Assembly: GCA_900554815.1 (NCBI GenBank)
Contig: USIO01000001.1
Span: 10,389-74,388 of the forward strand
Source: an uncultured Clostridium sp.
Lineage (GTDB): Bacteria; Bacillota; Clostridia; TANB77; CAG-508
Reading direction: 5' to 3'
DNA length: 64,000 nucleotides
The notes under the pieces are model-generated. The model did not search any database, was not told the origin of the DNA, and was given only the letters and a program-made list of their open reading frames with translations. Of the stretch, positions 1-8,530 are shown one piece after another. The translations under genes were made by a program, and so were the position numbers. How positions within the stretch are numbered: the first letter of the stretch is position 1; each line of letters begins with the position of its first letter.

Positions 1-227
1 TGGAGAGAATTTTTATAGATAGAGAATGGTGTATTGCTTATGTGGTATTAGCATTAGATAGTATTTATAATAGTGCTAATAAAGAAAGAACACTTAATGA
101 TTTTATTGAAGAAATTAAGACAATGTTTAATGTTCATCAAGATGAAACCATATTATTGAAAATAGCAGAAGAAATTATAGCCAATAAAGAAAAACTTTTG
201 ATAACTGTAGATATGAAAGAAAAATAA
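1..227 (+). CDS. 3' end of an unidentified CDS entering from upstream of the window
   Basis: The frame of ORF 42..227 stays open back to nt 3. No recognisable motif. Confidence 0.3.
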   Translation, partial: ERIFIDREWCIAYVVLALDSIYNSANKERTLNDFIEEIKTMFNVHQDETILLKIAEEIIANKEKLLITVDMKEK

Positions 228-473
228 TCAAGAATCTTTTACAAACTTTTTTTCTTCATTTTAAATGAAAAAATATGTTAGATATTATTTCAATGATTAT
301 ATATTTATAATTTTTATGATATTGTTGTGTATTATTATGAGAATTTGATTATTAAGAAAATATTTGTCAAGTGTGCAAATCCAAAAAAAATAGTGGATTT
401 GCACCTTTGTTTTTACAAAAGAAGATATGCTAAATTTATTACAGAGAATATCACGAGAGGAGCTAGAAAAAGT

Positions 474-1496
474 ATGTCTTTTTTGCAATATCAAAAAGAA
501 AGTCCAGAATTCCTTAATAATTATCTAAAATACAAAAGATATATAGATTTTGGTGCACAGACAACTATCGATGAAACTTTTTACGATTTAAGATGTTTGT
601 TTAGATATATTAAATTATATTTAAATGATAGAAACAAACTAAATAGTATAAGTAAGGAAGATTTTAGAAATATAGAAATAACAGATGTAACAATAGCAGA
701 TTTAGAAAGAATGAATCAAAATGATTTAACTAATTATTTGTTTTTTTTGGATAATACCTTAGAAAATATTAGTAAAACAAGGAATAGAAAGTTAGCTTCA
801 ATGAAAAGACTTTATGAATATTTAGAAACTAATAATCTAATTAATGTAAATCCAACGAAATGGATGCAATCTGCTACAATAGAAAAAAGGCAACCTAAAT
901 ATTTAGATTTAAACGAAAGCAAACAATTACTAGCAAATGCCATAAATTCTGATTGTAGATATAAAATAAGAAATTATGCAATAACATGTTTGTTTTTAAA
1001 TTGCAGTTTAAGGCTTTCAGAATTAGTAGGAATTAATTTGTCTGACTTAAAAATAGATAATAGCGAACAAACATTAAAGGTTACTGGAAAAGGAAATAAG
1101 CAAAGAATTATATATCTTAATAGTGCTGTTTGCGAAGCTATAAACGCTTATATAAAAATACGTCCAAAACTAGATAAAAGCAATAAGGACTATAATGCAT
1201 TATTTCTTAGTTCAAGAGGAAAAAGAATTTCTAAAAGATCTGTTCAAAATATTATCAAATCTGAACTAGTAGAATTAGTTGAAGCTGAAGGAAAAGAAAG
1301 CAAAAAATATCATACACATACTTTAAGACATACTGGTGCAACACTTCTTTACAATGAAGCTAATGCAAATATATTTGTACTAAAGATAATACTAGGCCAT
1401 GAATCTTTAGATGCAACACAAGTCTATACACATGTTTCTGATAAGAAACTAAAAGAATTAATGCAAAATTTTAATATTTTAGATAGGAAGGAATAA
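474..1496 (+). CDS. Tyrosine recombinase/integrase, XerC/XerD-like (first of tandem pair)
   Basis: Catalytic motifs are SLRLSEL (Arg I), HTLRHTGATLLY (H-x-x-R) and LGHESLDATQVYTHV (His/Tyr). N-terminal SAM-like domain. Start moved to ATG 474, preceded by GAGAGGAG. Confidence 0.85.
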   Translation: MSFLQYQKESPEFLNNYLKYKRYIDFGAQTTIDETFYDLRCLFRYIKLYLNDRNKLNSISKEDFRNIEITDVTIADLERMNQNDLTNYLFFLDNTLENISKTRNRKLASMKRLYEYLETNNLINVNPTKWMQSATIEKRQPKYLDLNESKQLLANAINSDCRYKIRNYAITCLFLNCSLRLSELVGINLSDLKIDNSEQTLKVTGKGNKQRIIYLNSAVCEAINAYIKIRPKLDKSNKDYNALFLSSRGKRISKRSVQNIIKSELVELVEAEGKESKKYHTHTLRHTGATLLYNEANANIFVLKIILGHESLDATQVYTHVSDKKLKELMQNFNILDRKE

Positions 1497-1502
1497 TATA
1501 CT

Positions 1503-2489
1503 ATGAGTGAAATAAAAACACCTAAATTTGTTGAGGATTTTGCAAATTACCTTGTTGCAATTAGAAATCTATCACAAGTATATATAAAAAATATGACTGT
1601 TACAATAGAACAGTTTTTAGAATTTATTAATGTTCATAAATTTAAAAATAAATATAATACTATAGAAGATATTACCTTAAATGAAATTAGAAGTCTAAAT
1701 AATAGTGATATTTATAGTTTTATATTCTTTTTAGCAGAATCACATTATCAGAATAATTCAAGAGTTATAAAAATTGAACATTTAAAAACATTCTTTGATT
1801 ACCTTTTTAACATAAAACATACTATTTTTAAAGAACCATTTAAAAAAATTAATAGTGAAAGAAAACTTGAGAAAAAGTTACCTAATTATTTATCATTAGA
1901 TGAAGCTAAACGACTTATTAATCTTTATAAAAATAGTACAGATGAAATTGAAATTAGAGATAATGCAATGCTTCATATATTCTTAAATTGTGGTTTACGA
2001 CTCTCTGAAATCAAAAATCTAAATATTGAAGATATAAATTTAGATGACAATAAATTCACTATTATTGGTAAAGGTAACAAAGAAAGAACTAATTATTTAA
2101 ATAAAAAAACAAAAGATGCTCTTATTAAATACTTGAAAATAAGAGATAATTCACATGATAATAATAAAAAACACAATAATGCTCTATTTCTTACATTCTA
2201 CGGATATAGGATGAGTCAATTTACAATAAATAAAATTGTAAAAAGAGCATATAGAAAAGCAGAACTTGATGAAAATGTATATACAGTTCATACATTAAGA
2301 CATACCTGTGCAACTCTTCTTTATAGGTCTGGAGTAAATATTAAAACTATCCAGGAATTGTTAGGTCATGTTCATATTGATACAACTGAAATTTATACTC
2401 ATTTAGACAATCAAGAAGTTAAAGATGTCATGTTTGAGCATCCATTAGCACAATTTAAAATGGAAGATGCTCTTGCTTATTGTGCTTAA
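1503..2489 (+). CDS. Tyrosine recombinase/integrase, XerD-like (second of tandem pair)
   Basis: Motifs GLRLSEI, HTLRHTCATLLY and LGHVHIDTTEIYTH. Starts 6 nt after the first recombinase. Confidence 0.85.
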   Translation: MSEIKTPKFVEDFANYLVAIRNLSQVYIKNMTVTIEQFLEFINVHKFKNKYNTIEDITLNEIRSLNNSDIYSFIFFLAESHYQNNSRVIKIEHLKTFFDYLFNIKHTIFKEPFKKINSERKLEKKLPNYLSLDEAKRLINLYKNSTDEIEIRDNAMLHIFLNCGLRLSEIKNLNIEDINLDDNKFTIIGKGNKERTNYLNKKTKDALIKYLKIRDNSHDNNKKHNNALFLTFYGYRMSQFTINKIVKRAYRKAELDENVYTVHTLRHTCATLLYRSGVNIKTIQELLGHVHIDTTEIYTHLDNQEVKDVMFEHPLAQFKMEDALAYCA

Positions 2490-2513
2490 ATACGATATAA
2501 TAAGGAGGAACTC

Positions 2514-2843
2514 ATGAAAGATTTAGAAGTGAAATTCGATACTAACAATATTCATTCTGTAGAGTTAAATCTATTGGATGGACAAGTCGAAATAATTTTG
2601 AGAGCTTTAGAGTTATATGCCTATAATTTGGATTATATGTTAAATAGTAATGACTCTGCTACTGACATAGGACAAGAAAAAAAAGCTTTATTAAAATATA
2701 CTTATGAACAAGTATTAGCAACTCAAGCTGAACAAGTTCAAAGTAAGAGTAACAACATAGATAACATACCAGAAATAGGTAAATTAATAATAAAGGAAGG
2801 TATGAAAAATAACGGATTATATGTTCAATTAAATGCTGGATAA
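2514..2843 (+). CDS. Hypothetical 109-aa protein co-transcribed with the recombinase pair
   Basis: AAGGAGG RBS 6-7 nt upstream of the ATG. No recognisable domain. Confidence 0.5.
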   Translation: MKDLEVKFDTNNIHSVELNLLDGQVEIILRALELYAYNLDYMLNSNDSATDIGQEKKALLKYTYEQVLATQAEQVQSKSNNIDNIPEIGKLIIKEGMKNNGLYVQLNAG

Positions 2844-3784
2844 TATTTACTTTATTCAGGAAAAATGGGAGAGTAGGAGAGAGGGGCTGTTTTGAAAAAT
2901 TAGAAATTTAAAAAGAGTTTTAAAAAAAAACAAATTTAATTTCAAAACGAGTTTTGTAACTTCACCAAAATCTATATAATAGTTTTATAAAACAAAATCA
3001 TAAAAATTAAAATATTTAAATTAGTATAAAAACTTTTATTAAAATAAATCAAAAATAATTTTGTGCAAAGTTAAATTTATAAATTTTATTATTTGCATAA
3101 AAAAATAAATTTACAGTAAATATTTTTATACACAATTTATAAATTGCTAATTAAAATTTCATTATACTAGTTATAAAAATATTTTAATTACTAAACACTT
3201 CAAAATCGTTTTTAAGGCATTTTTATATTAAGGTTAATAAGTTAATCATTTATGATTAGTTACTCAATAATATAAATTACATATAATTTTATATAAATAA
3301 TGTAAAAATACTGATTTTAATAGACTACAAGAAAATTACAAAAAAGTGCCAAAAAAGCAACGCACGAGAATCGATTTTAAGCCGTTTTTATTTTTAAGGC
3401 ATATAGTTTGTTGTCTATAAAATAGGCTGAATACGGTGATATAAAGGTTTTGCAAATTTTGATAAAAAAATAAAAGAATTATATAGAAAAAATTTAGATA
3501 TAAATAAAAAGTTATAACTATAAGTATTAACACATTAGAATTTGATTTAAGACAATTTATTAAAGAAATAATATAAGTTATTAAATAATAAGATATAAAG
3601 TGTAAGAACAGCTAGATATAGTAATAGATAGAAGGACACCAATAGAGGCAGTCCATATATTTTACCCCTATGCCTTTTTGCACAAAACTTTGATTTTGCG
3701 CAATGTTATATTTAATAAAAATCCTTTCTTTTAATATAATTCATTAGGGTGGCTATCCCCCCTAATTCTCACATAATAAAAATT

Positions 3785-3817
3785 AATACAAGAAAATGTT
3801 ATTCATTTTCTTGTATT
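3785..3817 (-). terminator. Rho-independent terminator downstream of CDS 3872..4693
   Basis: 14-bp perfect stem aatacaagaaaatg / cattttcttgtatt with a 5-nt loop. T-rich tail on the minus strand. Confidence 0.6.
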
Positions 3818-3871
3818 TTAATAATAATATATTTATATATGCACTTATAATTTATTAATCTTTTAAAAATT

Positions 3872-4693
3872 TTATTCTACAACAAATTCATAGTCTTGAA
3901 TTCTATATTTACTATATTTATAAGAAGAATTTTCTTTAAGTTCCATTGAAATTACATATGTTCCTAATCCTGAAAAATTATTGTTTTCTAATTGAGATTC
4001 ATTTGGGAAACAACAAGTATACTTTAACTTTATGACGCCATCTTCATTTACATTTTCTATTACGTCTATAATATGAGCAATACGAGTATCGTCATGAATT
4101 GAATAATATTGTTCCGTAGAATCATCATAGCTATAAAGAATATTAGCTATATTCATATTTTCTATAGTTCTTCCTCTAATTTCAGAAATTATGTTATTAA
4201 TAGTTTCTTTTGAAGCTGCCTCTCTCCCATTTATTTCTGTTCCTAATTCATTAGATTCTTTTGCAATATGCATTGCAATATCAATATAATCTTCATTTCT
4301 TTTTACTTCATTTTCTACATCTTTCATCCTAGAGTCTAAATAACAAATTAAAGAGAATTTTTCTAAATAGCTATTTAAATCTTCTTTTTTTTCATTATTA
4401 ATATTTTCATTAGAAGTAATATTATTATTAGCCGTGTTATTATTTAAAATATTATTACTTTGGTTAATTGTAATATCTATATTATTTATAACACTATTAT
4501 TAAAACTATCTATACTATTTGATGTCTCAATATTTTCAATTAAATTATTACTATTAGTATTTGTATTATATGATTCTTGTTCTATATTTTCATTTGATGT
4601 TGTTTTTGTTAGAGAAATTCCTGCCCATATACCAATAATAACTAAAAGTAAAATTAAAATAACGATAATAACTTTTTTAATATTTAATTTCAT
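3872..4693 (-). CDS. Membrane-anchored Asn-rich hypothetical protein
   Basis: N-terminal TM helix (VIIVILILLLVIIGIWAGI), then a low-complexity N/S/I-rich linker and a globular C-terminal half. GGAGGGG RBS. Confidence 0.6.
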   Translation of the reverse strand: MKLNIKKVIIVILILLLVIIGIWAGISLTKTTSNENIEQESYNTNTNSNNLIENIETSNSIDSFNNSVINNIDITINQSNNILNNNTANNNITSNENINNEKKEDLNSYLEKFSLICYLDSRMKDVENEVKRNEDYIDIAMHIAKESNELGTEINGREAASKETINNIISEIRGRTIENMNIANILYSYDDSTEQYYSIHDDTRIAHIIDVIENVNEDGVIKLKYTCCFPNESQLENNNFSGLGTYVISMELKENSSYKYSKYRIQDYEFVVE

Positions 4694-4712
4694 AAAAATT
4701 ACCCCTCCCTAT

Positions 4713-6014
4713 TTATCTATTCTTAAAAAAATATTGCATTTTTTCAAGAAATTCTTCATTAGTTTTTGTTGTAATAATTTTACTAATTAATTGTTCAGTC
4801 ATTTCTGCACTATTCATATTTGCCATGGCTTTTCTTAAAGAAAAAACTGTTTCTAATTCTTGTGATGATAGTAATAAATCTTCTCTTCTAGTTCCAGACT
4901 TATTAATGTCTATTGCAGGGAAAATACGTTTTTCTGATAATTTTCTATCTAAATGGACTTCCATATTACCTGTTCCTTTAAACTCTTCAAAAATTACATC
5001 ATCCATCCTACTTCCAGTATCAATTAGAGCTGTAGCAAGAATTGTTAAACTTCCAGCATCTTCTGTATTTCTGGCCGCTCCAAAAAAGCGCTTTGGTTTA
5101 TGTAATGCACTAGGATCTAGACCACCAGATAAAGTTCTCCCAGAAGAAGGAATAACTAAATTATATGCTCTTGCCAAACGTGTAATACTATCTAATAATA
5201 TAACAACATCTTTATTTTGTTCAGTAAGTCTTTTGGCTCTTTCTAAAACCATTTCTGCAACTTTAACATGGTGCTCAGGGACCTCATCAAAAGTTGAATA
5301 AATAACATCTCCATTAATAGAACGCTTCATATCAGTAACTTCTTCTGGTCTCTCATCAATTAATAGCACTATTAATTCTATTTCTGGATTATTGGTTGTA
5401 ATACTATTAGCAATTTTCTTTAAAATGGTTGTCTTGCCTGCCTTAGGAGGAGCAACAATCATTCCTCTTTGTCCTTTTCCTATTGGAGATAATAAATCCA
5501 TTAAACGCATTGTATACTCAGAAGGTATAGTTTCTAATTTTAAACGTTTATTTGGATAGATGGGAATTAAATCATCAAAAGATTTGCGTTTCATTGCATT
5601 TTCAGGATGTTGCCCATTTACTTCACCAACAAAAATAAGTGCAGGAAATTTTTCGCCCTCTTTTGGTGTTCTCATAATTCCTTTAATTTTGTCTCCTGTG
5701 TCTAACCTAAATCTTCGAATTTGTACTGGAGAAATGTATACATCTTTTGGACTTGGTAAATAATTGTCTCCTCTTAAAAAACCATATCCATCAGGTAATA
5801 CTTCTAATATTCCTTCTACAATTTCGTCACCTTCTGTTGTTAGTTTATATCTATCATCTTCGGCAATATTTTCATCTTTCTCTTTAATATTTACGTTGGT
5901 TAAGCTGGTTAATTCCTCTACTAGTTCTGCTTTATGTAATTTCGAATAATTCCTTACTTCCTTTTGCTTTGCTAATTCTTTTAACTCTGTAAGAGTTAAG
6001 TCCCCCAAATTCAT
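4713..6014 (-). CDS. rho: Transcription termination factor Rho
   Basis: Rho N-terminal domain ([10 protein letters not shown]), RNA-binding motif [15 protein letters not shown], Walker A PPKAGKTT, and RFFGAARN. Start set at ATG 6014, behind AAGGGGG. Confidence 0.95.
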   Translation of the reverse strand: MNLGDLTLTELKELAKQKEVRNYSKLHKAELVEELTSLTNVNIKEKDENIAEDDRYKLTTEGDEIVEGILEVLPDGYGFLRGDNYLPSPKDVYISPVQIRRFRLDTGDKIKGIMRTPKEGEKFPALIFVGEVNGQHPENAMKRKSFDDLIPIYPNKRLKLETIPSEYTMRLMDLLSPIGKGQRGMIVAPPKAGKTTILKKIANSITTNNPEIELIVLLIDERPEEVTDMKRSINGDVIYSTFDEVPEHHVKVAEMVLERAKRLTEQNKDVVILLDSITRLARAYNLVIPSSGRTLSGGLDPSALHKPKRFFGAARNTEDAGSLTILATALIDTGSRMDDVIFEEFKGTGNMEVHLDRKLSEKRIFPAIDINKSGTRREDLLLSSQELETVFSLRKAMANMNSAEMTEQLISKIITTKTNEEFLEKMQYFFKNR

Positions 6015-6103
6015 TATTATAGCCCCCTTATAATAATTTAATTGAGTATTCAATTTTTTGTGTATTTAATTTTATGGAAAATTTTGTAGAAACAAAAACA
6101 TAA

Positions 6104-6128
6104 GAGGCTTTATTAATTAATAAGCCTC
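6104..6128 (-). terminator. Terminator after divIC-like gene
   Basis: Hairpin gaggctt...aagcctc directly after the stop at 6130, followed by a T-run on the minus strand. Confidence 0.5.
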
Positions 6129-6129
6129 A

Positions 6130-6414
6130 TTATTTACTTATATCCATATATATCTTTTCGTTTGGCAAATACATGTCTAACTTTTCTCTAGCAATTCTTT
6201 CAATATATTCATCAGAATTAATATTATCTTTCATAGCCATAAGGCTTTCTTGATGTTCTTTTACTTTCTCTAGCTTATTTTCGTTATATTCTTTGGCTGT
6301 TTCATAAGAATTTAATGCTTGCTGTTGATTTATAAATACCCAAGAAACATAAATAAATATAATACCCAATATTAACTTTTTTAAAATTTTTTTCTTATTT
6401 GTATTTTTTTTCAT
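6130..6414 (-). CDS. divIC: Septum formation initiator, FtsB/DivIC family
   Basis: One TM helix plus a coiled coil. C-terminal ERIAREKLDMYLPNEKIY is typical of DivIC. Conserved yabP-yabQ-divIC order. Confidence 0.8.
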   Translation of the reverse strand: MKKNTNKKKILKKLILGIIFIYVSWVFINQQQALNSYETAKEYNENKLEKVKEHQESLMAMKDNINSDEYIERIAREKLDMYLPNEKIYMDISK

Positions 6415-6484
6415 AAGTAATAATAAAACTCTCCAATTAATTATTTACTATTTATATTTTTCTACATATAATTATAAAATCCTT

Positions 6485-7000
6485 TTAAATACTATCCTTT
6501 TTTGGCTTTTTTTGTAATAATTTATTTTTAATTTTAAAATTAAAAATTTTTTTGAAAATATTTGTAATATTTTTTCTAATATTAATAAATATAAAAGAAA
6601 TTGGTCTAAATAAAACTTTTCTAGCAAAAATAAATATTAATTTTATTGGATATAGTATTGCAGTTATAATATTTTTAAGTATTATTTTTAAAATAAGAAT
6701 TATTTTTACATTAATTTTAATAAATATTTTACTAAATATTAAAAGATAAGCTATTAGGCCAAGAATTATTCCAAGTAAAACATAGCTCCTTATTTCTCCA
6801 TTATTAAAGTAAAAAAGTGTATATAATAATATTATTCCTGTAATTATCCAAAATATAGAATCTTGTATATAAGTTATTGTATCTGTTGTTTTAAAGCTTT
6901 TCCTTAAGATTCTAAATATATCAAACACTAATCCTATCATAGTTCCTGTAATAGCAAATATACCAAATAAATATACTTGATTTAAGGTCAATATAATCAC
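6485..7000 (-). CDS. yabQ: Spore cortex biosynthesis protein YabQ
   Basis: Multi-TM protein with GLVFDIFRILRK motif, immediately downstream of yabP. Confidence 0.75.
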   Translation of the reverse strand: MIILTLNQVYLFGIFAITGTMIGLVFDIFRILRKSFKTTDTITYIQDSIFWIITGIILLYTLFYFNNGEIRSYVLLGIILGLIAYLLIFSKIFIKINVKIILILKIILKNIITAILYPIKLIFIFARKVLFRPISFIFINIRKNITNIFKKIFNFKIKNKLLQKKPKKDSI

Positions 7001-7004
7001 CTAT

Positions 7005-7301
7005 CTATTTAAATATTTTTCCTAAAAAAGATGTGTTTTTTTTATCTAACTCTTTGTCAGAATAGTTAGTACTGCAAATATTTCCTTCTACAATAACCTC
7101 AGAAGTGTCAAGACTTAATTTATTTATTCTTAACCCCTCTCCTTTTACTGTTAATAATCCTAATTCTGTTTCTAGTATTACTACTTGGTCATCAAAGCTG
7201 AACACATCTAAAACACCAGATATAGTTAATTTACTTCTATTTTCTAATATTAAATTTTGAATAACATTTGTATTTATTGTTTTTCTTTCTTCTATGTTCA
7301 T
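7005..7301 (-). CDS. yabP: Sporulation protein YabP
   Basis: About 98 aa. LENRSKLTISGVLDVFSFDDQVVILETELGLLTVKGEGLRI matches the YabP family. Confidence 0.85.
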   Translation of the reverse strand: MNIEERKTINTNVIQNLILENRSKLTISGVLDVFSFDDQVVILETELGLLTVKGEGLRINKLSLDTSEVIVEGNICSTNYSDKELDKKNTSFLGKIFK

Positions 7302-7375
7302 ATTTTAACTCCTCCCTCTAAAATGTTTTTAGCTTAAAATATATATATTCAAGTCTTGTCTACTTTAGAACAATA

Positions 7376-7416
7376 AAAAACTAATCCAGAATTAAACAAC
7401 TTCTGAATTAGTTTTT
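7376..7416 (-). terminator. Terminator after the aspartokinase-like gene
   Basis: 16-bp stem aaaaactaatccagaa / ttctgaattagttttt (1 mismatch), followed by a T-run on the minus strand. Confidence 0.6.
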
Positions 7417-7447
7417 GCTATAATTACTTGTATTTAATTTTAGCATT

Positions 7448-8184
7448 TTAAATATTGGTTACTAGTGTTCCAACACCTTCATGCTTAAAACTTGATTTTA
7501 CAATAATTGGTATGTTATGCTGCTGTGCAATTTCTATACATTTATTGTGCAATACTTTAGCACCATTGTTTGCTAATTTCAACATCTTTTCATAAGAAAT
7601 AATCTCAAACTTAATAGCATCCTTACTTACATTTGGATCGTCAGAATATACACCATCTACATCAGTATATATGTCACATCTATCAGCTTTTAAACTGGCA
7701 GCTATAGCAACTGCTGTAGTATCTGACCCGACCTCTTCCTAAGGTGGTTATATTTTTATCATCATCTATTCCCTGAAAGCCGGCAATTACAACTACATTC
7801 CCTTTTGACAATTCTTTTTTTATTCTTTCGGTTCCAATAAATTTAATGTTAGCATCTCCAAAGTTATTATCTGTAACAATTGGTATTTGCCATCCAGTAA
7901 GAGAAATAGAATTAATTCCTTTTTCATTTAGGCACATGCATAATTTTGAAATTGTAATTTGTTCTCCAACTGAAACAAGGCAATCATGTTCCCTTTTATT
8001 TGGGTTAAAAGTAATTTCTTGTTCTTCTCCTATTAGCTTATCTGTTGTTTTTCCGTTGTGCTGACACAACAACAATCACATCGTTTTTTTCATCTAGCTC
8101 TCTTTGAATGTGTTTACAAACATTCCATAGTTTTTCTGTATCTGCTACAGAGCTTCCTCCAAATTTTTGTACAATTATGCCCAT
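7448..8184 (-). pseudogene. Aspartate kinase catalytic (amino-acid kinase) domain with no ACT domains; reading frame broken twice, both times at an in-frame CGG
   Basis: Three frame segments. First MGIIVQKFGGSSVADTEKL...VVVSAQ, then GKTTDKLIGEE...ITTLGRG, then GSDTTAVAIAASLKADRCDIYTDVDGVYSDDP...GTLVTNI. Breaks at codons 8055..8053 and 7730..7728. Confidence 0.85.
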
Positions 8185-8312
8185 TTTGGCACCTCTTTAT
8201 ATTAATATAATAATCCTGTCTAAGTCTAAACATGATTATTTATAATATATTATGATATTTCTAATATATTATGTGCAAATATTATCACATAATATTTATA
8301 AGGTCAAGTTAA

Positions 8313-8335
8313 AAGGCGACAACTTATGTCGCCTT
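8313..8335 (-). terminator. Terminator of the small Cys-rich ORF
   Basis: Hairpin aaggcgac-aactta-tgtcgcctt flanked by A/T runs. Confidence 0.6.
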
Positions 8336-8341
8336 TTGAAT

Positions 8342-8458
8342 TTATTTACGTTTAAACCATCTGCATGCTTGATGTTTTCTATCAACTCTAGGGTCTTCAC
8401 AGGAATCTTTTCCAAAGTAAATGCAATCTTCACAGATTTCGTCTTCATAGCTAGCCAT
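8342..8458 (-). CDS. Small (38 aa) Cys-rich hypothetical protein, not in the ORF track
   Basis: MASYEDEICEDCIYFGKDSCEDPRVDRKHQACRWFKRK. AGGAGGTG RBS 7 nt upstream, with a terminator hairpin directly downstream. Confidence 0.5.
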   Translation of the reverse strand: MASYEDEICEDCIYFGKDSCEDPRVDRKHQACRWFKRK

Positions 8459-8530
8459 AAAAACACCTCCTAATTAACTATATTTACATTTTAACATAAT
8501 TTAATAAGTTATTCAATGTTTTTTGGTCTC

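Noticed and set aside
474-2489. Calling the two recombinases housekeeping xerC and xerD
   Set aside because: The tandem arrangement, the attached small ORF and the adjacent gene desert are atypical. No gene symbols were assigned.
2844-3871. Possible ncRNA or riboswitch in the gene desert (hairpin aggca...tgcct followed by a T-run at about 3645-3675)
   Set aside because: The stems are short (5 bp), there is no downstream gene in the sense orientation, and there is no match to any RNA family I can recognise. It is mentioned only as context under the recombinase finding.
4825-5301. Long antisense ORFs opposite well-supported genes. Examples: 4825..5301, 5560..5949, 9267..9461, 10236..10430, 22721..23440, 23729..24427, 25993..27171, 31646..32089, 33378..33888, 36969..37250, 37686..38497, 39646..40779, 42570..42899, 47743..48303, 50780..51387, 55710..56415, 61626..62713.
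   Set aside because: These are shadow ORFs of strongly conserved genes on the other strand. They have low-complexity S/F/L/I-rich translations, no RBS and no recognisable motifs.
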